Shown piece by piece: positions 47,778-56,802 of a DNA stretch of 64,000 bases; the first letter of the stretch is position 1; each line of letters opens with the position of its first letter. The notes under the pieces are model-generated. The model ran no database searches. It had not been told where the DNA came from and saw nothing but the letters and a program-made list of their open reading frames with translations. The DNA is taken from positions 320,001 through 384,000 of the forward strand of contig CAVUKB010000007.1 of the NCBI GenBank assembly GCA_963741955.1. Reading direction: 5' to 3'. Position numbers and translations under genes: made by a program. This DNA comes from an uncultured Acidobacteriota bacterium. Lineage in GTDB: Bacteria > Acidobacteriota > Thermoanaerobaculia > Gp7-AA8.

Positions 47778-50700
47778 TCAGAGGTATCGGAGCTCGCGCG
47801 CAATGCGCAACGACTCCTCGAGTGCGGGCAGCGGATCGTCCGAGCTCGAGGCCGAGGTGAGCGCTTCCTCCAGCCGGGGAGGAAAACGGTGCTGGTCCGG
47901 CTGCAGCAGCCGGCGCACCAGCACCTTCGCTTCCTCCCTCTTCCCGTCGCTCGAAAGGATATCGAGAAGAGGAAAGGCGGGGACCCAGTCGAGTGGGATC
48001 TGCAGCCCCGATTCGATCCGATCGTGGAGCGACTTTCGGGTGAGCCTCTCCGCTTCCGCCCGATCTCCGTTCTTCCAGGCAATCCAGCCGAGGTTTCCTT
48101 CCCCGGTGATCACGTACTCCCGCAAGTTCGTTTCGCGGGCGAGCGCGATACTCGTATCAGTCCGGAGGCGCGACTCTTCCACCTCGCCTCGTCGGCGTGA
48201 AACGAGGCTGAGGTAGGCCGCGCTCCGGGTCCGCTGCACGAGATCGCCGGTCTTTTCGGCGATCTCTTTCCCTTCCATGAGCCACCGCTCCGCTTCGTCG
48301 AGCTCGCAACGCCAGAAGTGGATGAAGCCGAGGGCGAAGAGGGGAGCGGCAGGGGGGAATCCTTCGCTGGAGCGCCGTGCCGCTTCGACTGCCCGGCGCT
48401 GTCCGTCGACCGTCTCGTCATCGAGGAGATAGCGATCGCGCCGGAACGCGAGGAGCGAGCGGGCGTAGTAGAACGCGCACTGTTGCGCATCGCTGGCGTG
48501 GCTCTCGACGTCTCCTGCGATTGCGTTCAGCTCCGCCGACATCCCCGGCACGTCCGCTTTCCAGTAATGAACCCAGTTGCGGTCCAGGTGGAGTTGAAGC
48601 CACTCGCGCCACCAGGCGGGCGAGTCGTCCCGTCCCTTCAGCAATTCCTTTTCCGCTCTGCCGAATTCTTCGAGGGCTTCCTGCAGATGCCGCTCGGGAA
48701 TCAGAGATCTCCCGAGCTTTCGGCGGAGCCGCGCAAGCCGGAGAGATTCGAGACGTCCGTTTGCGAAGGCCTGCCGGTAGGCGGATGCCGATTCGCCATG
48801 GCGAGCGGTGAGATGAGCGATGTCGCCGAGAATCTCCAGCAGATCGCTCTCGGTCGTCGAACGTTCATCGTCGTTCATGCGGGCGGCCGACTCGAGTCCC
48901 TTCCGCGCGAGTGCTTCGCTCTCCTGGTTGGCGTACAGCCGTGCGGCGATCCGTGCGGCCCGGGTGAAGAACGCAGCGGCTTCGCCGAATTCGCGAGCCT
49001 GCTCGTACAGGAGTGCGAGCTCCGACGCGAATTCGTTCAGCCGGCTCGCGGCGAACCCTCTCAGCGCAGACGCCACCGACCGGCTGAAGCTGCTGCGGCG
49101 CGCCGGCCCGAGCCCGCCGTAGAGAGCGTTCTGATACAGGACGTGAACGAAGCGGTACCGGAGCGTCGGAGTATCGTCGGGGAGCTCGAGCTCTCCGACA
49201 TTGCGAATCAGCCCGCTCTTCTTTTCGACATCGTCGAGGAGGTCTTCGATCTCGACCTCGTCCTTTCCGAGCGCCTTCGCGACGACCGCCGAGTGAAACA
49301 GAAATCCCTCCGCCGCGGCGACACCGAGCAGCTGGCGCTGTTCCTCCGAGAGCTGATCCAGCTTCCGCTGGATCATGTTGGAGATCGACTGAGGCATGCT
49401 CGTCTCGATCGCCGGGACGTCGGTGGTCAGCCGCCATTCGCCAGCGACGCGATCGATGATGCCGCGATCCTTCATGTAACGGATCACGTCCACGATGAAC
49501 AGCGGACTTCCTTCGGTCTTCTCGTGAATCAGCTTCGAGATCTCGGGTGGGAAGTGGTGGCCCGGGAATTCACGGTCGAGGTACGACGCCACTTCATCCG
49601 CATCGAGAAAGGCCACCTCGACCTCCCGTCCCACACCGCGTGCGACGAGCTCCTGGTGCACGGTGAGGAAAGGGCCTCTGGTTCGAGCCAGCTCGGAGGG
49701 GCGGAAGCTGCTGACCAGAAGGAGGCGGAGTGATTCGTGCCTCGCGGCCAGAAACGAGATCAGGTCCGCCGTCGATGCGTCGGCCCAATGGACGTCCTCG
49801 AGCACGAAGATCAACGGAGCCATGGCCGAAGCGCGCTCGAGAAAACCGGCGATCTCCCGTTTCATCCGGTCCTGAGGCGGCGCAGCGCCGCTCTGCATCT
49901 CCCGGTCGGCAGTCGTATCGCCGGCATGGGAGAGCTGCCGCTCCCACGTGGGCGCGAACTCGCGAAGAAGCCGGCCGGCCCGCACGTCCGCACGCACCAT
50001 CGACTCCACTGCCTCGAACCACGGCAGGTACGCCTCGGTTCCCGCGAGCCGTTCCGAACATCGGCCCACTGCGATGATGCATTCACCCACGGTCGCCATC
50101 CGGTCGAGGAAGCGGTGGATCAACGTCGATTTTCCGATTCCGGGTTCCCCGGTGACCGCCACGAAACGGGATCGGCCTCTCTCCGTTTCCCGGAATTCGG
50201 CGACCAGAGTCTCCAGCTCGCGCTTTCGGCCGACCACGATCGTCTCGGCTCGCGAGCGCGACGGAGCTCGATGCGGGACAGACATCGCTCCCTGCCGTCT
50301 GCGGAGCTCCTCCTTGACCTCCGCGGCCGACGGCCGGGCGGATGGCTCCTTCTCCAGCATCCGGAGAAGCAGCGGGTCGAGATCGCCTGGTGAGTGCGGA
50401 TTCGAAAGCGAGGGAGGTGCCGCGTCGCGGGCGATGATCGCTCGTGCAGTCGCGACGTTCGAGCCGGCGGCGAACGGATGCGTTCCGGTCAGTCCCTCGT
50501 AGAGGAGAATTCCGAATGAAAAGATGTCCGTTGCCGGTCCGACCACGTCGCCGGAGGCCTGCTCGGGCGACATGTAGCGGATCGTCCCGAGGAGCATGCC
50601 GGGCGCGGTCATCATCACCGCGGTCGGCTGGTCCTGTCCGCCCGCTGCGTTGAGCTGCGCGAGGCCGAAATCGAGGAGCTTCACTGCATTGCGATCGGTG

Positions 50701-51155
50701 ATCCAGACGTTGCCCGGTTTGATGTCGCGGTGGACGATGCCCTTCCGGTGCGCGGCATCGAGCGCGTCGGCGATCTCGGTCGCGTACGAGAGCATCTCGT
50801 CGAGTGGGATCGGTCCCTCCAGCATCCGGTCGTGAAGCGTCCGCCCTTCGAGAAGCTCCATCACGAGGAAGGGGACCGGATCGGGGGAATCGCCCGGAAG
50901 ATGGCCGGGTTCGGCGACGCCGATGTCGTACAGGACGCAGATGTTGGGGTGCGACAACGCGGAGATTGCCTGAGCCTCGCGCTGGAAGCGTGCGCGATGT
51001 GTTGCATCGGACGCAAGCTCGGGACTCAGAATCTTGAGCGCGACGGAGCGGCCGAGTCTCGGGTCCGTCGCGCGATACACCTCCCCCATGCCGCCTGCAC
51101 CCAGCGGTGCCACGACTTCGTAGTGGCCGAAGCGGGAGCCTGCCTTGATCTTCAT
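47778..51155 (-). CDS. Ser/Thr protein kinase fused to an AAA/STAND-type ATPase and TPR-like helices
   Basis: LGAGGMGEVY, VALKIL, HRDIKPGN, DFGLA, YMSPEQ; then IVVGRKREL, GEPGIGKSTL, LEDVHWAD, TEGSPLF, YRFVHVLYQ; helical C-terminus. Alternative start GTG 51176. Confidence 0.92.
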   Translation of the reverse strand: MKIKAGSRFGHYEVVAPLGAGGMGEVYRATDPRLGRSVALKILSPELASDATHRARFQREAQAISALSHPNICVLYDIGVAEPGHLPGDSPDPVPFLVMELLEGRTLHDRMLEGPIPLDEMLSYATEIADALDAAHRKGIVHRDIKPGNVWITDRNAVKLLDFGLAQLNAAGGQDQPTAVMMTAPGMLLGTIRYMSPEQASGDVVGPATDIFSFGILLYEGLTGTHPFAAGSNVATARAIIARDAAPPSLSNPHSPGDLDPLLLRMLEKEPSARPSAAEVKEELRRRQGAMSVPHRAPSRSRAETIVVGRKRELETLVAEFRETERGRSRFVAVTGEPGIGKSTLIHRFLDRMATVGECIIAVGRCSERLAGTEAYLPWFEAVESMVRADVRAGRLLREFAPTWERQLSHAGDTTADREMQSGAAPPQDRMKREIAGFLERASAMAPLIFVLEDVHWADASTADLISFLAARHESLRLLLVSSFRPSELARTRGPFLTVHQELVARGVGREVEVAFLDADEVASYLDREFPGHHFPPEISKLIHEKTEGSPLFIVDVIRYMKDRGIIDRVAGEWRLTTDVPAIETSMPQSISNMIQRKLDQLSEEQRQLLGVAAAEGFLFHSAVVAKALGKDEVEIEDLLDDVEKKSGLIRNVGELELPDDTPTLRYRFVHVLYQNALYGGLGPARRSSFSRSVASALRGFAASRLNEFASELALLYEQAREFGEAAAFFTRAARIAARLYANQESEALARKGLESAARMNDDERSTTESDLLEILGDIAHLTARHGESASAYRQAFANGRLESLRLARLRRKLGRSLIPERHLQEALEEFGRAEKELLKGRDDSPAWWREWLQLHLDRNWVHYWKADVPGMSAELNAIAGDVESHASDAQQCAFYYARSLLAFRRDRYLLDDETVDGQRRAVEAARRSSEGFPPAAPLFALGFIHFWRCELDEAERWLMEGKEIAEKTGDLVQRTRSAAYLSLVSRRRGEVEESRLRTDTSIALARETNLREYVITGEGNLGWIAWKNGDRAEAERLTRKSLHDRIESGLQIPLDWVPAFPLLDILSSDGKREEAKVLVRRLLQPDQHRFPPRLEEALTSASSSDDPLPALEESLRIARELRYL

Positions 51156-51396
51156 AGGGTCTCGAACAGAATACACGAAGGGAACGCGGGGACCCTCTCC
51201 ACCGCGCGCCGTGACAAACGCGTTCCCGCTCCGATCCGTATCATCGTCCGATCAGACTCCCGAGGCCTTGAACGACGGGGCGGGTCGAGAGGGAGCAGCC
51301 CCGTGACCTCCTCTCGTACGGACCCGCATCGAAGATCGACAGTCGATCCGCCCAATCCCTGAGCGAGATCGACCCCCTCGGCCGCTTTGTGTCGCG

Positions 51397-53559
51397 CTAC
51401 TTGGCTTCGGTGTTTCTTTCCCCCCTCCCCCGCAAAGGCGAAGCATCGGGGATTGGCTCGCCCCAGATGTAGTGGCTGAACCAGTCGAGGTTCGTCTGCA
51501 GTACCGCGAGGTTCGACTTCGGTTTCGTGATCGGATGCCCGAAGCCGGGATAGACCACCATCGTCACCGGCACCTTCTCGTCGCGGAGACCGCGATAGAG
51601 CTCATACCCGTTCGGGATCGGGACGCGCGCGTCGTTTCCTCCGTGCTGGATCAAAGTCGGCGTGCTCGCGTTCCTGATGGTCGTGATCGGCGACGTCTTC
51701 GCGTAGATCTCCGGATCGTCCCACGGCGTCGCGTGGAGGTACTGACGGGTGAATGGGGTGATGTCGGTGTTGACGTAGTACGTCATCCAGTCGCTGATCC
51801 CCGCTCCGACGGAGATGGCCTCGAAGCGATTCGTGTTCGTCGTGAGGAACGCCGAGATGTATCCTCCTTCGCTCCATCCCATCGATCCGAGCCGCTTCGG
51901 GTCGACCATCCCGCGGTCGATCAGCGCGTCCACGCCGCTCATCACGTCCCACATGTCGCCGACGCCGAGATTCCGAACGTTGAGCGCGCGGAAGGCGGAG
52001 CCGTAGCCGGCGCTTCCGCGGTAGTTGGGCTCGAGCACCAGCGCTCCCTTCGCCAGGAATTGCTCGATCGGGTAGTAGTGGCTCCGCGCCGCCGGGAGCG
52101 GGAGCGAGATGCCGGTCGGGCCGCCGTGGATCACGACGAGGAGCGGATACTTTCGATGAGGATCGAAGTCGGCCGGCTTGTGCAGGACCCCTTCGATCAT
52201 CGCGCCGTCGCGGCTCTTCCAGGAGACGACCTCCGTCGTGCCGAGGGTCCATCCTTTCACCTGTGAGGTCATATCGGTGAGTGGTGCGGGACGAAACGGG
52301 GAGAGCGCGGAGACGTAGATCTCCGTGAGGTGCGTCGCATCGGGGGCGGCGTACGCCAGCGTGCGCCCGTCGGGGGTGAACGACGCGGCGCGTACCACGA
52401 GCTGGTCCGGCTCAGTGAGCCGGCTGATCTCGCGCGTCGATGGTTCGATGCGGAAGAGATGACTGGTGGTCTTCTGGAGCGCGATGAAGTGGATCCCGCC
52501 GGCATCCCAGTCGATGGGACTCGCATCCTCGTCGAACGAGGCAGTGAGGTCTTCGACGTCGGAGGGCGAGCTCGCTTCGTGCTGGAGGACCTTCGCGAGC
52601 TTCACCGCCGCGATGTGCTGATTGGTGTAGAAGTAATACGCCGCTCCGAGGGAAGTGTTGAACGCGAGGCTTGTTCCGTCGGGAGAGAAGAGCGGATTTC
52701 CGTCCGGACCGGGAAGGGCGACGATGCGCCGGACGGCGTTCTTCCGGGTGAGATCGACGAGGTAGATGTCCGACTCGCCGCCGTGCGCGAGGAGCGGATC
52801 GGGGGTCGCATCGAAGGCGATGGCATGGCCGTCCGGCGACCAGTCGATGCTCTCGACGTTGAGGGCGGGATCGCCGGTCACCTGCTGCGCTTCGACCGGC
52901 AGCTGCCTCTTCTCCGCGGTGGCGACGTCGACGGTCCAGATCTGGTTCTGTTCGAAGTCGCGCTCGACGACCTGATACTTGCTGTACGTCTTCTCGCGCG
53001 TCTTCGCCGCTTTCGACTCCGGCTCGGGGGCGAGGAAGGCGATCGCCTTGCCGTCGCGGGACCAGACGAAGTCGGAGATCCTCGAAGAGTGTTTCGTGAG
53101 CATCCACGCCTCACCACCGGTGGGTGAGATGAGCCAGATCTGTCGCGCCTCCGGCTTGCCGTCGTGCCCCGGCTCTTTCTCCTTCTCTTCCTTTGACTCG
53201 TCGGCATCAGGTTTCTTCGGTTCGACTGCACCGGACTCCCGTTCGGTCATGAACGCGATCCAGCGTCCGTCCGGTGACCATCGGGCGTGCTCGGCCGATT
53301 TCTTCCCCCGGGTGAGCTGAAAGTTCTTTGTCCCCGCCGCGTCGGCGAGCCACAGCTGATCGACGTAGGCGTTCTCCTTCCAGTCGGTCTGCTGGCGTTG
53401 GTAGACGACCCAGTGGCCGTCAGGAGAGATCTCGGGGCGGCTGACGGATTCCAGGTTCAATCCTTCGACCAGGGTAGGGACCGCGGCGCTGAGGGGAAGC
53501 GACGCCGCGGGAAGAAGAACGGCCAGAAGGGCGACGAGGGGGATCAGTGAGACTCTCAT
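51397..53559 (-). CDS. Secreted S9 family peptidase
   Basis: Signal peptide; SPDG propeller repeats; IHGGP, NYRGSAGYG, GWSEGG, DARV, GHP. Confidence 0.93.
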   Translation of the reverse strand: MRVSLIPLVALLAVLLPAASLPLSAAVPTLVEGLNLESVSRPEISPDGHWVVYQRQQTDWKENAYVDQLWLADAAGTKNFQLTRGKKSAEHARWSPDGRWIAFMTERESGAVEPKKPDADESKEEKEKEPGHDGKPEARQIWLISPTGGEAWMLTKHSSRISDFVWSRDGKAIAFLAPEPESKAAKTREKTYSKYQVVERDFEQNQIWTVDVATAEKRQLPVEAQQVTGDPALNVESIDWSPDGHAIAFDATPDPLLAHGGESDIYLVDLTRKNAVRRIVALPGPDGNPLFSPDGTSLAFNTSLGAAYYFYTNQHIAAVKLAKVLQHEASSPSDVEDLTASFDEDASPIDWDAGGIHFIALQKTTSHLFRIEPSTREISRLTEPDQLVVRAASFTPDGRTLAYAAPDATHLTEIYVSALSPFRPAPLTDMTSQVKGWTLGTTEVVSWKSRDGAMIEGVLHKPADFDPHRKYPLLVVIHGGPTGISLPLPAARSHYYPIEQFLAKGALVLEPNYRGSAGYGSAFRALNVRNLGVGDMWDVMSGVDALIDRGMVDPKRLGSMGWSEGGYISAFLTTNTNRFEAISVGAGISDWMTYYVNTDITPFTRQYLHATPWDDPEIYAKTSPITTIRNASTPTLIQHGGNDARVPIPNGYELYRGLRDEKVPVTMVVYPGFGHPITKPKSNLAVLQTNLDWFSHYIWGEPIPDASPLRGRGERNTEAK

Positions 53560-53735
53560 AGTGGCTCTCCTCCGATACGCGTAACAGCATATCCCCGCGA
53601 TGTACCGAATGCCGATCGTGACGGATCGTCACCTGCAACGTCACTGGTTCCGCAGGTCGTGGGCCCGGCGGATGCGATCCGGGACGAAGCATCCGTGCGG
53701 GCCGCTTTTCGATACACTGCAACACCGGTCCGATC

Positions 53736-56510
53736 ATGAAACCGCGTCTCGCCGTCGGAATTCTCCTCGTCCTCATCGCATGGCAAGTCCTCGCGACGGA
53801 ACCCGCCGGCGCGCGTGTGCCGTACGACATGACCGTGGTGGCGGAGGCGCCGCATCCCACCCTGAAGACTTTGCAGGGCATCGAAGTCCCGCTCCGTCTG
53901 CGCAATGACGGCGCGATTCCGTGGACGCCGGAGAAGCATTTCTTCGTCGCGTACCACTGGTATTCGCCGACTGGTTCCGTCGTCGCCTGGGACGGGCTGC
54001 GAACGCCGCTCCCGCACGAGGTGCGTCCGGGAGAGGAGATCGAGTTGAAGGCCCGGCTCGAGACACCACGCGCTCCGGGCCCGTATCTCCTCCAATGGGA
54101 TGTCGTCCAGGAGTCGGTCACCTGGATCTCGGAGAAGGATCCGACGCCTCCGCGGCAGGTGCGGGTCACGGTGACATACGCTCCGGTTTCCCACTCCTTC
54201 AGAATTCTTCGGGCGAGAACGCCGTGGTTCGCATGGGCGGGACAGGAGCGGACGATACCGATCACCGTTCGGAACGACGGCACGGCCGCCTGGTCTCCTG
54301 GTGCCGGTTTTCACTTTGCGTATCACTGGAACCACGAAGATCCTGCGAAACGGATTTTCGATGGAGAAAGGAGCGCGCTTCCGGGAGTGGTGAAGCCCGG
54401 GGCGACGGTGGTCGTCGCGGCGCGACTTCGTGCGCCGCGGTTGGCCGGTCTGTACGCGCTCCAGTGGGACATGGTTCAGGAGAACGTGACGTGGTTCTCG
54501 AATCGGGATCCGGCTCCGAAGCCGTTCCACACGGTTCTCGTCCTTCCGATGCCACTGACCCGCGTGCGTGATGCGACGGTGGTCGCACTTCTCGCTCTCG
54601 TTCTGGTGTGCGTCGCGGCAGCACGACCGGACCGGTGGCCGCGGCTCACCGCCGTGGCGTCGATGGCCGATCTGATCTGCGCCGGCGCGGCCCTTCTCGC
54701 AAAGCAGCCGGTGGTGCTCAAAGAGGTTCGATTTCCTTCGGGATGGAGTCTCACTGCGGTGATGCTCTCGGGAGTCGTCGCCGTTCTGATCGTGTTGAGC
54801 TTTCTGCCGGAAAGAATGCGGCCCTGGGCTGCGGTCGGCGTGAACGCCGTCGCGACGCTCCTCGTCGTCGCGGATCTCGTTCACCTCCGGTTCTTCGGCG
54901 ACGTGATCTCGGTGAGCGGGATCGGCGGTGCGTCGCAGCTCGGCCAGGTCGTGGAGAGTATCCGCACTCTGCTGCGTCCACGCGACCTGTGGCTCGTCGC
55001 GGATCTCCTCCCGGCGGGACTCGTTGCATATCGGATGCGGGCTCTCCCGCGCGGAAGCGTGCGCCTGAAGCGCCTCGTCGCGCTCGTCCTCGCGCCGGCG
55101 CTCGTGCCGGGGCTTCTGATGGCGTGGCAGATCGGCCACGCGACCAGCGGGGAGTTCGTCCAGAATTTTCAGAACATCTACCTGGTGCGTGACCTCGGCG
55201 TTCTGAATTATCACCTCGAGGATCTGTGGTCTCATGCCAGGGCTACTCTCTTTCAGCCGGAGCTGACCGACGCGCGCAAGAAGGAGATCGCACGATGGTT
55301 CGCGGCAACCGAAGCACGCCGCGCCGGCACCGGTCCATGGTTCGGGGTCGCCCGTGGAGAAAACCTCCTGATGCTGCAGGTCGAGTCGATGCAGGGGTTC
55401 GTGATCGGGATGCGGGTGAACGGTCAGGAGATCACACCGAATCTCAACCGCTGGAGGGAAGAGGCGCTCTGGTTCTCCCACTGCAGCGATCAGACTGCGC
55501 AGGGGAGAACCTCCGACGGTGAGCTCACCACGCAGGTCTCGCTCCTCCCTCTCTCCGCCGGAGCGGCGGCTTTCCGCTATGGCGGGAATCACTACGACGC
55601 GGTCGCGGGAATCCTTCGTGACGAGGGGTATCAGACGCTCGCAGCGGTTCCGTTCGACGGTGCCTTCTGGAATCGCCTGGTCACTCATCCGGAGTACGGG
55701 TACGACACGAATCTCTACGGCAAAGCGTTCAAAGAGGGGATTCGGGTCGGATGGGGAGTGAACGACCGCGACTTTCTCCGCCAGATGGTGCCGAAGCTCA
55801 CAGCACTCCACCAACCATTCTGCGCATTTCTGATCACCCTTTCGAATCACCATCCTTACGAGAACTTTCCCGACGCCTTGAAGGAGCTCGATCTGGGGAA
55901 ACTCGAAGGAACTTCGTTCGGCAACTACCTTCACGGAATGCATTTCTTCGACCAGGCCTTCGGCGAGTTTCTCCGCGAGCTCGAGAAGACGGGCCTCCTC
56001 CGGCGGACGGTGATCGCAGTCTGGGGCGACCACGAAGCGGGCTTCGAGTGGAATGACGGATTTGCGCGTGCGATCGGTCGCCAGCCGTCGGAGATCGACT
56101 ATTACGCGGCACGTCAGGTGCCGCTTCTGATCAGGGTTCCCGGCGCAACCGGCGTGCTTCACGGCGAGCGTTCGATGAGATCCGGACATCTGGACGTCGG
56201 GCCGACCGTGCTCGCGCTTCTCGGCGTCGATCCCGCGAAGCACGCGATGCTCGGAAGGAATCTGCTCGGAGAGCCGAGCGGGCCGGTCGTCATCCAGTAC
56301 GGAGCCTGGCTGGATGACCGGAAGCTCTATCTTCCGGACGGCCCGTCGTTCGAGGATGGCCGTTGCTTCGATCTCGGAACGCGAAGCCAGCTGCCGCTCG
56401 AGGAGTGTCGAGATGAGGACCGTTTCGCGCGGAGCGAGATGGAAATCTCACGAGACGTGATCGTGCACGATCTGAGGCTTCCCCTGGAGAAGGCGCTCGC
56501 GGCTCACTGA
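53736..56510 (+). CDS. LTA synthase (LtaS)/phosphoglycerol transferase-family membrane protein with two N-terminal Ig-like repeats
   Basis: Signal peptide; two ~110-aa repeats (RNDG..W....AYHW....DG.R..LP..V.PG....P...G.Y.LQWD.VQE.VTW.S); about 5 TM helices; LLMLQVES, EITPNLN, GRTSDGE, FWNR, NHHPY, WGDH. Confidence 0.88.
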   Translation: MKPRLAVGILLVLIAWQVLATEPAGARVPYDMTVVAEAPHPTLKTLQGIEVPLRLRNDGAIPWTPEKHFFVAYHWYSPTGSVVAWDGLRTPLPHEVRPGEEIELKARLETPRAPGPYLLQWDVVQESVTWISEKDPTPPRQVRVTVTYAPVSHSFRILRARTPWFAWAGQERTIPITVRNDGTAAWSPGAGFHFAYHWNHEDPAKRIFDGERSALPGVVKPGATVVVAARLRAPRLAGLYALQWDMVQENVTWFSNRDPAPKPFHTVLVLPMPLTRVRDATVVALLALVLVCVAAARPDRWPRLTAVASMADLICAGAALLAKQPVVLKEVRFPSGWSLTAVMLSGVVAVLIVLSFLPERMRPWAAVGVNAVATLLVVADLVHLRFFGDVISVSGIGGASQLGQVVESIRTLLRPRDLWLVADLLPAGLVAYRMRALPRGSVRLKRLVALVLAPALVPGLLMAWQIGHATSGEFVQNFQNIYLVRDLGVLNYHLEDLWSHARATLFQPELTDARKKEIARWFAATEARRAGTGPWFGVARGENLLMLQVESMQGFVIGMRVNGQEITPNLNRWREEALWFSHCSDQTAQGRTSDGELTTQVSLLPLSAGAAAFRYGGNHYDAVAGILRDEGYQTLAAVPFDGAFWNRLVTHPEYGYDTNLYGKAFKEGIRVGWGVNDRDFLRQMVPKLTALHQPFCAFLITLSNHHPYENFPDALKELDLGKLEGTSFGNYLHGMHFFDQAFGEFLRELEKTGLLRRTVIAVWGDHEAGFEWNDGFARAIGRQPSEIDYYAARQVPLLIRVPGATGVLHGERSMRSGHLDVGPTVLALLGVDPAKHAMLGRNLLGEPSGPVVIQYGAWLDDRKLYLPDGPSFEDGRCFDLGTRSQLPLEECRDEDRFARSEMEISRDVIVHDLRLPLEKALAAH

Positions 56511-56552
56511 CGGGTGCGTCCCTCTCGACGAAATCCCGCGAATGGTGCCCGA

Positions 56553-56725
56553 GGAGCGCCGGCTTCAAGCCGGCTGCGTGCGGGCCGCCGTGCCTGCACG
56601 CGACAATCTGGCGGTGGCGTATGACTCTCGCGTTCAGTGTGAATGCGAAAGGGTGGCGAGCACGGGATGCTCGCAACGAGCCGGCAGGGATGCCGGCGCT
56701 CCAGAGTCAGGGATGCCGGCGCTCC
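56553..56725. repeat. Dispersed REP-doublet-like hairpin element, copy 2
   Basis: GGAGCGCCGGCTTCAAGCCGGC ... GCCGGCAGGGATGCCGGCGCTCC, plus an extra partial right arm CAGGGATGCCGGCGCTCC. Confidence 0.8.
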
Positions 56726-56802
56726 AGCGGTCACCCCCGGTCGTCTCCGAAGCCGCGGTGCGATCGGCAGAGCTCTGCCGATCGCATCGGGAACGAGGAA
56801 GG

